From Camelus ferus (taxonomy: Eukaryota), in assembly GCF_009834535.1 (NCBI RefSeq), contig NC_045698.1:8434001-8498000 (forward strand): a stretch of 64,000 nucleotides of DNA. The letters run 5' to 3'. The notes beneath the pieces are model-generated. The model worked only from the letters and a program-made list of their open reading frames with translations, searched no databases and was not told the DNA's origin. Numbering within the stretch: the first letter of the stretch is position 1; the number at the start of each line of letters is the position of its first letter. Position numbers and translations under genes: made by a program. Shown here piece after piece: positions 48,660 to 61,720 of this stretch.

Positions 48660-49369
48660 CTGAAGCTTTTGGGAGACAAGATTTCTGTCTTAGGTTGAAT
48701 TTCCCTCTGTTGCTCTAGGTCCGAGGAGACAGGATTTAAAAAAAAAAAAAAAAAGCGCCCCAGTTTAATATCCAGTATTCTCTGGGCAAGAGTTTATTTC
48801 CACAGCCAGTGCAGATGTGAACTGTACCTTCATGCACAAACACTTCATTTCCTCATTTTACCCAAGAACATCACAAGAGACAGTCAGAGGCTTTACTGCA
48901 ATCAGGAAGCATTGCATCTTCAGATTATCACTGCTCTTATCTCTAAGGTAATCCATTTTTTTTTATAAAAAGAAAAATGAAAATAAAACCAACAAGGCAG
49001 TTTCTAAAGCCTCCTCTTAATGAACCCTGATTGGCTCCTTGTGATGACTTTTTTACAAATACTCACAAATAACTGGCCTAATAGTTAATTCTAGAACTCT
49101 CCTGTTAGTCAATCGAGTCTTTTTACCCATGGAGAAGATCCTTTAACCAACTACAAAATATTATCCAAGTCATAGCTGCATGTGGACAGCAGATTTCTTA
49201 TCTTGCTCTTTACTGGGGATTCAGTTTTTAGAGGTCTTGCCAGTAGTCAATATTCTGGAATGCTTTGACTCATTAATAGCTTTTTAAAAGCATCTTTCAA
49301 GTGTCTTAAAACAGAGGAGAAAAAGTGATGGGTCTGCCTTTAAAAAGCTTACCCATTAATTTTCAAATA

Positions 49370-49560
49370 CATGATTTAGCCAGGACTCATTTAGTTGTAA
49401 GTAACAGAAGCTCAATTTGAAATAGTTTAAGTAAAAAACGGTGACAAAAAACAAGCAAAAAATATTTTTTTGAAAGATACTGGGATATCTCATCAAATCT
49501 TTCAAAAAGCTGAATAACCAGGCATTCTGTCTTTCTTCACAGGTCAAAACCAAGGCCTCC
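49370..49560 (-). mobile_element. MLT1K/L-like LTR fragment
   Basis: ttagccaggactcatttagttgtaagtaacagaagctcaatttgaaatagtttaag terminal motif. Confidence 0.5.
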
Positions 49561-52500
49561 AATTATCCTGATATGTTAGACCATCAGACTCTACTCAGTG
49601 CACACTGCTGGGACAAAAAGACTCAGAGAGGTGTGCTAATGTGTCCACATCTGTTCGAGTCACTACTCAGAGGCCAGCAATACACTGTGTCAGCACAAAT
49701 ACTGGGTAACTGGGACTGGACCCCAAGTAGGGGCTTAGGGTGACCCTAGCAGCCACCTCTAAGCCATCTCGTCTCCAGTAGTAAATTTCTGGATTCCTTC
49801 CTACCAGGCGTAAAGTGATACTGTGTCATTATAAAGTCATAATGCTTTCAAAAAAAAAGTAAATCCTAGCAACAAAAAGAATAGCAGCTTAGCTTTTCAC
49901 ACAGCTAAATAGTTTAAAAAATGAAATCATAAATGAGGGAAGTTAACAAGGTGAAAATGTGATTTCTCATTCATTCTTTATGTGCACATTATCAAAAAGG
50001 TAAAATTTAAGCAAATACCCAGATACATCACATTATTGTGAATAAATAAGACACTTCACTTGGTGAAGTTATTTTAAAATTCAATGTGAGGTATTATTGC
50101 TATTGAAATAGTCACATCATGATCATGCAGCTCCTAACTCTATCTAAAACTATTAAATTTCATCCACTTATTCTCTTTCTACATATAATTCTCAACAGTT
50201 GTTATTTATTTAACTATCAATTAATTCACTCCACCAAAAACTGAAGCATCACAAGTTATGAAGTTATAATGTACTAGTGTTGATGCTAGGAATTTTGTTA
50301 TCAAATAAAAATTTTTGGAAAAGGCATAAAATGCATTTCACCAAATTCGCTTGTTAACACTTTCTTAATTTTCCCAACAATTTGAATGAACTAAGTGGAC
50401 TCACTTCACTTCTATAAAACAGTCCTGACAGCAATAAAACATCAGAATTCCTGGAATGAATTTTACACAATCAATTCAACCTTCGTGGTTATGAAAGAAA
50501 TGTATTACTCTTATTAGTCATATAATTAATGAAATAATGTCAATTTTCTTAACTGTAACCACTGTGCAAAGAGCAGTTTCCATAAACCAGGCATGATCAA
50601 AGACCCTCCTCGACAACAAATCAAAGAAGACAAATGCACTTTTCTGGGCATAATTCAAATCGTGCTCATATCCTTGAGATTTAAGTAGAACCACCTGGGG
50701 TTCCAGATCTCATTTTGTGAGCATCCCCTCTGGCCCAAGATTTACGCAAACCTTAGGGCCTAACCTCCTTCTTGTCTTCTTTGGCTCTGAGCTCCTACTT
50801 CTACAGGAATGATCTCTGTCTTCTCTCATATACAACAACTGTCCCATGTGCTGAGCAAGATGAGGAACACAACTTGCTTTCTTTGATTTTCCCCAGACCC
50901 CTTGCTATCAGAGACTGGCCTGTGCTGGGACTTCTACATGCCTGCGGTTTCAGGGGATTTTAAATCACAGCAACGCACATGACCTGGTTATCAAGGGATG
51001 TGGACACATGCTTCTCTATTTCTTTACGAAGCACTTTAATTAAGAAAAGTGAGAGAAGGAACATTCTCCCAGAAAGCTGAAATTTAACATAGTTAAGTGT
51101 AACCAAAGAGCTTCAAAACACCTCCCACACTCTCCCTTCAACATTATATTTATAGACAATCTCATGTAATAATCTGACAATAAGTAAAACTTTAAAAGCT
51201 AATTTATTATGATTTTTTTTTTCTCAGCCAAACATCCTCTTCTCTCCGAATTCCCTAAGTAACTAAAGAAACTCCATGAAACTTTTGGGTTTCATAAACT
51301 CATCCGAAGTTTGAGATTGTGTATATGTTTAATTGCCTAAGAAAGACCGTAGAAGAGCAATTCACTAAGCTGATATATACTAATTAAGGAACATAGATTT
51401 CCATAAGATCATAATAAATTAATTAACATGTGTTTGTATAAGTTATGTTATAATTTGCATACATTTCATCCTATGATAATCAACTAGATAATCAAATTTA
51501 GTTTTGAAGAGATGTTACATACCTTAACCAAAGCTATTCAATAAGAAAACACTAGGAAGAATTTGACTCAAATCTACTGATGCCAAATATATTATTTTTC
51601 CCACTGTTCTAAATTTTAGCTCATACCCCATATCTATTTGGAAATAAGTCCTTAAAACAGGATAACACACTTTATCTTCAGGAGCCACTACGAGCTTACT
51701 TTCTGCCATGGCAGAAGCCCTGAAAATTTAGCTTGTCCTTGAAACTGGAAGAAATGTTTTCAGCCCAGTAATTATGCCTTTCCCCCTAATTATCAAAGAA
51801 AATCAAATGTCTTAGCTTAAGTCTTTAACTGGACTTGCTATGGAGGCAACAGTTTCTAATGCTACATGATAGTAATTGGTCTGCTGACAGATACCAAATA
51901 TTTAGAAATTATGAATATCTTAGACCACTCATTCAGATTATCTTTGCTTAATGCTAATAATCAGGAATTCAGTATTTCTTTCTTTGAAATTATGGGAAGT
52001 CTAATTTTTTTGGGGGGGAGGGGTTAGGTAATGCTACAGCACACATCCTTCTCAACTTTCTTCATATCCTAGTATCCTAGAAGTTCCATATCCTAGTCAG
52101 AAAAAGAACAACGCTTTTTGAGTATCTCGTGGAAAAGCAATGGATGAAGCTGGCAGCAAAAGGCCCCACCCAGGGCTGCAGGGATCACTTACCAGCATGT
52201 TTATAGGCACCTATGCTGCATTTCTGGCTGCCACCCGCTGGCCAGAAGGTCTGCCGTTAATCCTTGCTTGTTAGTGAACTTCCTGAAGAGACAGCAGGAA
52301 CCAGTTGTATGTTTTGGTGATTTCCTAAATTTGTCATTTGCCAGCATCCTTGAGGACATTCCTCCCATTTTTGAAAATTATCACCTTTTGAACCCCTCCC
52401 CAAGGTAGACTTGCAATTAAACTGTCCATCATCCTTAGCAACATGAACCCCAAGCCTGACTACTGGGACCTTCCAAATATTTCATGAGTTACCTATGTCT

Positions 52501-52999
52501 CTGAGTTATTCCTTTTCAGCTTAACATCGCCTAAGTCTGCAAGTAAGAATCATGTCCAATACAAAACTGAGACCTACCTACTCCAGATGTGGATCCTTTG
52601 TCCTAATTCTCTTAGTGGTACAACATTTGTCCAACAGACATTGACTCCTTCTTTTCCACCACAAATATTTGGCAGCAGCTCTTACAGATCTCCTCCCCAT
52701 CTTACCCCATCCCTCCCACCTTACCGCTGTAGTCTGCAAGACAAACATCATTGGCTCCTCCATCTGAGACTCACATAACTTGCCTTCTGGCAGGAATACT
52801 GAGGCTTACAACAACTCATGTTTGGGAACTTACTTTGTCTACAGTTTAAATATACTGATAAATATATCTTTTAATATAATATATAAATATTTTAAATGTA
52901 TTATCGATCTGCCATAGGATTGTTTGGTGTACGTCCTCAGCCTCTGGTCTAGCAGTTCACTTCAAAAAGATGCCTCAGCCCATGCGGACAGCTATGATA

Positions 53000-53660
53000 A
53001 ATTAGACAGACACGGAGAGGTATGGGCAAGGATGTGAAGCAACTGGAGCCCTAAAAGGTACAGCCTCTTTGCAGAACAGTTTGGCAGTTTCTCAAAATGT
53101 TGAGCTTAGAGTCATCAGATGGCCAGCATTTCCATTTCTAGGTATTTTCTCAAGAGAAATAAAAACATATGTCCACACAAGACCTTATACACACCTACTC
53201 ATAGCAACATTATCCCCTGTGACCAAAAAGTAGAAACAACCCAAAAGTCCAACAACAGATGAATGGGTAAGTGAAGTAAGATTTATCCATACAATGGAAC
53301 ATTATTTGGAAATAAAAAGGAATGAAATAATGATGCATACCACAACCTCGATGAACCTTAAAACATTATGAAAGGTAAGAGAAGCCAGTCACAAAAGACC
53401 ATCTATTTATTATTTCATTTATACGAAATGGCCAGAATAAGAAAATCTGTAAAGACTGAAAGTTGTTTTCCTTGGGCTGTGAGGTTTGGGAGAATGAGTG
53501 ACTATTAATAGGAACGAGATTTCTCATTGAGGGGACAAAAGCATTTCAAACTTAGATTGTGCTGATGGTTGCACAATCCTGTAAATATACTGAAAACCAC
53601 TGAAATGGGTGAACTGGATAGTATGTGAGTTATGTTTCAATAAGCTTACCTTTTAAAATT
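53000..53660 (+). mobile_element. L1MB7/8-like ORF2 end and 3' UTR
   Basis: ggcaaggatgtgaagcaactgg; aaaacatatgtccacacaa; gaagccagtcacaaaagacca; gatggttgcacaatcctgtaaatatactgaaaaccactgaa. Confidence 0.88.
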
Positions 53661-53756
53661 ATCTCAGGATGTATAGAAACGTAAGACTTACAAGTAGAGA
53701 AAAGTATAGGGATGGTCTAAGTATAGGGAGGGTTTTTATAAGCATGGAAAAACAAA

Positions 53757-54235
53757 TGGATCAGTTACCTACTGCTATAAAGCAAACCACCTCAATACTT
53801 ACTGGCTTAAAATTACAATCGTTCATCTTGGTCATCAATCTCCAAGTGTTAATGGGATCAGCTGGGGCTACTTGACTGGGGACTCGACTGTAGATGGCTC
53901 TTTGGAAAGGTTGTCAATTTGGGGCTGGTGTCGGCTGAGAGTTGAGATGGTGCAAACTGAGCATCTTTCCACATAGCCCCCTCCACTTCATGGAGGCTGG
54001 TTTCTAAGAATGAGCACCCTAAGGGAACCAGAGAGGAAGCATACTCTTTTCCTGCTCTAGTCTTAAAAGTCAGACAGTGTCACTTCCGCCGTAGTCTCAA
54101 AAGCCCACGTTAAGTGAAGGAGAGGGAACAGTGAGTCCATCCATCAATGGAAGAGTGTCAGACTCATAACAGGAGAAGGTCACAAGAGATGCAGAATAAC
54201 ATTCTGGCCGCTTTTCAACAACACCAGCTGGCATA
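53757..54235 (-). mobile_element. MLT1G/H-like MaLR LTR
   Basis: atcagttacctactgctataaagcaaaccacctcaatacttactggcttaaaa; aagtcagacagtgtcacttccgcc; atggaagagtgtca. Confidence 0.75.
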
Positions 54236-54844
54236 GTGAGTATTAGGGTGACTGCTGCTCACCATGTGGCAACATTTACATAGGGTCCACGATTCTAACG
54301 AAAACTACCTGTTCCCTTCCAGTGTTCAGATTTTAGGTTTTAGTGGAGTGGCTTTTAGTGAACAGCTTTTAAAACCATCTTCATTTTGTAGAGTTTTCTC
54401 CTGAGAAAACGCTGCAAGATAAACCCTCCAATGAGCTGACACAGGATTTGCTATAACAGCAATTATAATTATTCAACAGAAATCCTTGTAACAATTTTAT
54501 ATGAAGACTCTACTTCCCATAACCTGTGGATAAGACTGAAATTATCCTTGTATGCAGTTGTGGAGAAGTTAAGATTTCCAAGTGTCCAGAAGCTTTCACA
54601 CAAAGATGCTCATGATATATCTTGCACTAATACATTTAAAAAAGCCAACAATAACCAAAAAACCCATATACATATGCAATACCTACAGTGTGCCACCATT
54701 AAACAAACATACAAATAAACAGCAACTACAGAAAAAGACATGTTTCAGCATCTGTAATAATTAGAAGATTTTAATATGACAATATGTTGTTTCATCAAGT
54801 GCAAATAGGTGAGAAACCTCCCAAACACAAAGGAAATGAAAGAT

Positions 54845-54845
54845 G

Positions 54846-54900
<55 letters not shown>
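54845..54900. repeat. (AAT)n microsatellite, about 17 perfect units
   Basis: Directly visible. Confidence 0.97.
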
Positions 54901-54903
<3 letters not shown>

Positions 54904-55700
54904 GTTGGATTGCTCTGAGCTCTAGGGAAGAGTATGTTTTCAAAGAATAGTTTGAAGTTATTGAAAGACATAGTCAACAAATATAAATTTGGTGTAACTG
55001 TATAGAAACAAGAGGAACTGGGTATTTGTATCTCTTTTACGTGTGAAGTGCTGGTTCATATACTAACACGGGAGTTCATTTTTTTCTTTACTTTTAGCTG
55101 AAATAAGGCACATCAGTCTAGTTCAAGAACAAAAGATACTTGTCTATATATTTTATTAGTGAAGGATATGTTTCAGTTAATAGGCCTCATTTTAAGCTGA
55201 AACTATCTCATTCCACCTGATTAAGTGACTTTCGATTGGGGTGTTTACAGAGGAAATTGCAATTTGGGGGCCTGGGATTCATCAAAGTGAATGGGCTATT
55301 CTGAAACAATACCCAGGTAGCCCACAGAGGAAGTGACAGATACAGTACAGCCATTAACATAAGGGGAAAAGGATATGATTGTTGTAACGGAGATGAGACC
55401 CTTGTGCCACACGACTAAACTAAGGCCTTTCATCACAATCAGACACAGCATTTCCTTTTGCACTACAGTCAAATAGGAAAACACAACGCTCCTTCGTAAA
55501 CTCACACCCTCCACAAAATATACTGAACCTGTCCTCTGTGCCTGGCACTCACCTGGGGGCCGGTGACACAACAGTGACCTGGTCACAACCTGATTCCACA
55601 CATTGATCAATAAACCTAGATGTTTTTCAGAAAATAAGCACTATTATTAATTATCACTACTAGAAATAATAGTGTATATCTAGTACTAAAATGTTCATTT

Positions 55701-55928
55701 ATTGGGAGCTCGGGATTTGCAAATACTAACTACTACATATAAAAGAGATGATAAACAACAAGGTCCTACTGTACATACAGCACAGGGAACTATATTCAAT
55801 ACCTTGTCATAGCCTATAATGAAAAAGAATACATATAACATGTAAAATTGAATCACTGTGCCGTACACCAGAAACTAACACAACACTGTAAAATGACTAA
55901 CCTCAGTAATAAAAAATGTCTTAAAAGA
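55701..55928 (+). mobile_element. 5'-truncated lineage L1 3' end
   Basis: attgggagctcgggatttgcaaatacta...acaaggtcctactgta...gtacaccagaaactaacacaaca, homologous to 19561-19800. TSD taaaatgttcattta / taaaatgtttcattta. Confidence 0.9.
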
Positions 55929-57989
55929 TAAAATGTTTCATTTATATTAAATCAAGTGACAACAGTGTAGGAAAGGTTTTCAGTATCAGGCGTCCATACA
56001 ATCCAGAGAAGCTCCCAGTATGGTAACTTCTTCTTATCTATACTCTCCAGAAAGGTGGGGTCATCTCATTACTGCAGCATTATTAAAATCACGTTCTTGG
56101 AAGGCATTACTGTGGAGAACTAGCTCCTCCTGATAGGAGCAGAGCTCCAAAAATGGTGAAATTTATACTCTAGATTGTTAATTTTAAGAATAAGCTGCCT
56201 CTGACTTTTGGCAGGTTTATAGCAGGCAACTTCAGGTCCCTGACAAGTGGCTGGAGTGAAGGGTATTATTTAACGAAAGGGTCTGCATTAGCTGGCAGGT
56301 GGGCTGGCTACAGAAGCTGATCTTTCGTTTGGGTGGAGGGCTTCTCTGTTGTGGGGGTGGTGGGCGTGAGTGCTGGCCTGCAGAGATACAGTTGTCCTTC
56401 AAATCAACTGAAAATCAGCTGCAAATCAACTCAAACTTAAACACCCTTGGTTCATACCTCAGAGTTCTACCTCCCAGAACGCAAGAGATGGCCATGTCAA
56501 ACGGGGCACGGCCTTGCTTGCACTTGCCAACAACCATGGGAACGATCTTAGATGGACTTTTATGTAACTTAGTTTTTCATCTTGAACATAACGTCTTCAC
56601 CCAGCAGATCTTCCAGGATGTGTAATCCGCAACAGGCATCCCAGATAACTAAATCTACTGACCAGGTGACCAGAGCTATTTGGTATTCGTTACCTAAATG
56701 CTGAAGACCCCTTGTCAAACGTGATTTCGGTGTGTCTGTTTCGGTCTGGTTGATATTATGTCCTTTCCCCTGTTTATTAGGCAAGTAAATCAGCTGCTTC
56801 CAGAGGCGGGGAGTAGAATGTGAAAGTCAGAACCTGTCATTAGTGAAAAAGGAGGTGCTGGCTCTCACTTTTCTAGGCAGCATTACTCTGGCCGGCTCCT
56901 TTAGAGCCCAGGGCATGAACCTGCCCCCTCCTCTAGTGACTGCAGCTGAATGACAGCAACCTGAACAAGATCAATGGGTTGCCTGAGGCATGTTTACCTG
57001 TGTCGCTGATGCAAGACAAAGATAAGTGCGTCCAAACCACTGGCTCTCAGAAGCAGGAATGTTCCAGGAAAGCAATTTTGTGGTACTTAACCCACATCTT
57101 CTCTACAGACATTAACTAACACGGGGCTGTGTACATTCATTGAATTGTTTGGAATCTTATTAACGATCCCTTCTGATTCCAAAATCATGCTGCCGATCAA
57201 ATTGATGTGAAATGACCCACCTCCCTTTTCCAACTTAAATAAGAGCAAGACAGGCAGGGACACCAGCAAAACCTTGGTCACAGAGAAAAACAAGCTAATG
57301 TCTCATTTCAATTCTCTAGCAGTTTCTGATACGGTAGGTAAACTGAATATTTTTTAAAGTTTGAGTTTCTCTGGTCATAAATTGAAAATATGGAACAAAA
57401 TAATCACTACAGGAAAAAAAAGTCATTATTTAATTATATGTCTGATGAAATAAGTTTTCTATAGCGATTTGGAAAGAAATACATCATATGTATTGTACTA
57501 AAATATGTAAAATAGAAAGAAATTTAACAGCTGTCCTTTTAAAAACTGTTTCTGTTATTTTGAGATATTATTTAACGTTGTTTCCCTGTCCTGTGGTAAG
57601 TCCTGTGTTTATCTTGCCCACTTCTACCATATTTGCTTCAGTTGCTCTGAATGCTAAACATGCTTTTCCCATTTACTCCCTCTAGAACATTCCATGTATT
57701 TATTTCCTGTTGTGTCCAAACCACTGCACAGGGCACTGCCCATTAGACCCCAGGAGCTCCTGCTTCATGTGTCCTGCCTGTGGTTCTTATCAGTAATTAA
57801 TTATGACATTGTTGCTCAGTGAGTTTGTAAGGGTCTTCAAACGCTGTCTCAAAATTTTGCTCCAGGCAGCCTCTGTCAAAGTAGACCCAGTGATTTATGC
57901 ACGAGGAAGTACGACCTGTACTTTTTTTTTTTAATCTGAGAAAACTGAATCACCCTAAGAGCTCAACTAAGATGGAAACGTTCAATGAA

Positions 57990-58300
57990 AGTATAATATT
58001 AAATAATTCACTATATATATATTTATACAGCCATTCGAAAAATGTCTTAAAATAGTATTTAGTGACATAAAAGATACTCTTGATATAATGTTAAATGTTA
58101 AAATAAAATATAAAGGTAAATAAAAATTTGTACAAATAATTAAGTAGTCATAGGAAATCTTACCAAATACTTGCAACGATCTCCAGCTGCAGTGTTATTC
58201 TCAAATAAAATCTGCATCTTTATTCCTTTCTGAGTTTTTTTTAAACTTTGCACAATGTGCATGAATCATTTTACAAGGGAAAATTCATTAAAAAATATTA
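57990..58300 (+). mobile_element. L1ME4-like degenerate fragment
   Basis: tatacagccatt...gtgacataaaagatactcttgatataatgttaaatg...aatgtgcatgaatcattttac. Confidence 0.5.
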
Positions 58301-58799
58301 AAACATCGCATGTAAAACATTCAATGTGATTTCACATATTAATATTTAGTCATGAATCCTACTGATAAACAGGAGACACTAAAAATGCACTATAATGTCA
58401 TATTACAAACCCCACAAGCCTGCCTTCTAATTTTGCATAGAAAAGGTTCCTCCATTTTTATTTTTCCCATGATAGCTGTCAGTGTCCCCAAAAGTGAACA
58501 ACTAAAACCTTCAAAGGGATAGAGCAGACAGCAAGTAAGCGAATTAATTCTTAGAATAGAGTCTGAGGCGTTATTAAAAAAGATGTGTCTTGTGATGAGT
58601 TACAAAGTAAAATGTGAAGGGAAAAATTAAGTTTGGGGAAAGCGTCAAAATAACTTACAGGCAAGAGCAGAATACACAAGAGGCAGCATGGCAGGGGGTG
58701 GAGTGGAGGAAGAGAAGGGGGTGCTCTGTCCTCACTTCCAGAATTATTCAGCCCTGACCAGAACTCCTAGCACTGATTCCCCAAATCTTACACAGACAG

Positions 58800-59225
58800 C
58801 TTATGACCCTTGCTCTTCCTTGATCTCTAGTTTCAACCATCATTTTTGTGATGCAAACGATCCATGATCCACAAAGAAACAAACTCACTTCAAACCCAGT
58901 GGGTCCCACCAGCCCGCTGCCACAGGACCATCCCTTTCCATCCTCCTGGGAACTTCGTTACTCTACATATCCACCCCACGTTTGCTTCCCTTGCCCCGCG
59001 GAAGTCTAACACCCAGTCTGATCATCATCTATCTCCACCTCCCAGCCTGTGTGCATGATATTTACGCGGCTTTTTGCTTCTTGCTGACTCCGGCTCTGCT
59101 CTCACCCTGTTAAATACCATCCACCAGGACCCAGGTCTACAGATTCTTGCTTTGTGCTTTCCTATCTTCATCCACATGCTGAAACATTTCACTGCTCCTA
59201 ACACAGTGCACGTTCTAGCAATGAA
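58800..59225 (+). mobile_element. L2 fragment
   Basis: aagtctaacacccagtctgatcatc; ctcctaacacagtgc. Confidence 0.4.
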
Positions 59226-60899
59226 AATGGGGGGGAAATTATGCTTTTTTTTTTTTCCACTTTCAATCTCTATCTGGTTTCAAACAAGAAATACATTTTC
59301 AAATCATCAATCAATTCTCATTTTAATTTTGATACATAGAGAAAGTTCAACGTGAGGCACTATCATCTAATTCTCTTCTCCCCTAACTAAACGAACGCAA
59401 GGCTCCCTAGTCTTGGCAGAGAATCCTTCTCTATCTTCTTGACCTTCCCTAAAGGTGTTTAAATTTCCTCTTTCTCATGGATGATAATTTTGTCATTACT
59501 TTCCTAAAATGCTTTCCCAAAATACAGTTTGGAAACCGATTAGTTACATAGGTCATTTTCCACGTTGTGTTACCAGAAACTATTGTTGCACATTGTGTAA
59601 CACTAATAATACTGAAAGCTTCCACAGTGACATGTGGCACTGGGAAAATACCAATTAAAGGAGCATTTTATAATGTCCTCCCTCCTAATAACATTCTTGT
59701 TATACAGCACTATGCAATTTTAAAATTATAACCGTAGATGGTTTATAAAAATAAAGGCATGCTGTCTTCACACGAGTCAATGTAAATGATCCCAATTTTT
59801 TTAGATTTTATGTAAGATGAATCTTTTAAAATTCTTTTTAAATGTTTTCTTATTATCTTCATATGATTCAAACACTCTGTGCTATAGTTATGCCCATAAT
59901 GGGAGCTCAAAAATTCCTTTACTCCTATTTTCCTATATTAAGTATAATAACAAGAATGATTAATGGAAGAGAATTCTGTTTTACTACATCATTGATATCC
60001 TGAATAATAGTACTAAAAATTCCCTCTAAAATCAAGATTATAATTTCCAATCCTTGCAGAATTTATAGAACAAGAGAAATTACTCTAGTAATAGAGTATC
60101 TAAGGTTATAAACACTATCAGTTTTCAGGAATGTTTTTATTAGTATAAATCATCTGGAGTTTTATAATAAATTGACAGGAGAGTTTCCTTAAAATTTCAC
60201 CTACAACTTCTGAATAATTTATAACTTTTCATACAGGTTTGTCCTATATTTTTAACTTCATTCCTAACTACTTGCAAGCAAACTCCAAATCTGTGTATCT
60301 CCCAGGGGAAGCCCAGTTTAGACACATTTTAGATATATGACAATTACTACTGAATAAATGAAACAAAATGACACATTTGCATATACAGTTATACACCCAG
60401 AGATTTCTATTTAATCTGTTCAATATTAAATGTACTTGGCTGGTAGAATCATTACAAAAAACCACATTTATCTGAGCTATAATATTTTAGAAACATCAAT
60501 GAACTCTATGAACTCTAAAGGTTTTAAAAGGTCGCCGTAACTTTTCTAGCTCATGTAAGAAGATCCTTTAGATGCCAAATTCGGAAGTACGTGATGATCA
60601 AATGAAAAAACATTGATCAACTAAAGGAAAAGAAATACATTTCAAAACAAGTATATTTTTAGGAAAGTCGTGGTTTTCTTAAGAGCAAAGCAGTACATAT
60701 AGTGATTTCAGATAAAATACAAAGATCAGCATTACACAATGTGAGTGAATGTAAATTCTTTTCTAATAGTACAGACCAACATGGTTTAACACTTCAAAAA
60801 AAAATGACAGCACGAAAAAAAGATCAGGATGGTTACTCTCAGGCGAATCATAAGCAATGTGCTTGAATTTCCTGCGGTCAGGAGGCCGCCTTGGGTCTT

Positions 60900-61720
60900 T
60901 CCTCTCTGGTAATGGGTGATTTGAGCCACTGCCCACTCTCTTACTGCTGCCCTGTTCTCATCCTCAGGGCAACTTTCGTAGTCAACTGCCAGCCCACTCT
61001 CTCCTTTCTTGATTTGATCTTATTTCCAGAGTCATCACCTAGGTCTCGACATTAGCAATAACTACTTTCAGATTCTCAATTTAAGCAGATGATTCTCATG
61101 CCATCACCATCGGTAGTTATTCATTCTGTGACTCCATGGTCCCTACCCATGTTTCTGGGTTCTACCCCTTTTCACTCAGCATCTATTCCAAGATCCATCA
61201 GTATCATCACTTTCTTGCATCCATCATATCCAGTGCCTCCCCTTCCCCCTTGGCTCAGCCCAACTCTACACAGACCCCCAACCAGGCTCCAACTCAAAAC
61301 AAGCTGCCTGTGCCCACCTGAGGACAGCCAAAGAGAAACACACACATTTCCAGAACCATGCCGGCAGCCTACCTGCAACCATGCACTCTGCCTCCCTCCT
61401 GTTCTCCTGGATGAACTGTCTCTGTTTCAAAAGCCATCTCCTCCGCTGGAGCACTGGATCCCCTCACTCTCACAACCTGAAATGACGCCTGATCTCTCAA
61501 GCATCAGTCACTTGTCCTCGAATGGGTCATTGCTATCATCACAGCAAGATTCCCCCGTCCTTAAAAATGAATCGCTCCCTCAACCCTTCTCTTCCCTTGA
61601 GCTAACACATCATTTTGGCTCGTCTTTGTGATGGATGGTTATCAGTCTCCTCTCTCCATCATTTGTTCAAATGACATGACCAGAATAACCACAGGCCCAA
61701 TCTCTGCGCCCTCTTCCTCT
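60900..61720 (+). mobile_element. L2 ORF2 remnant; source of the 180-aa ORF at 61089-61631
   Basis: gttctcatcctcagggcaacttt resembles an endonuclease-domain motif. ccatctcctccgctggagcactggatccc and tcgaatgggtcattgctatca...cccgtccttaaaaa resemble L2 PSTCALDP and SLSTGSFP..PILKK. Confidence 0.7.

Noticed and set aside
51701..51716. Perfect 16-bp palindrome TTCTGCCATGGCAGAA
   Set aside because: About one such palindrome is expected by chance in 64 kb (4^-8 per position)
54761..54980. Poly-Ile and poly-Tyr ORFs
   Set aside because: Translation of the (AAT)n repeat
56921..56938. CTCF-like motif
   Set aside because: Lacks the CCA 5' core of the consensus
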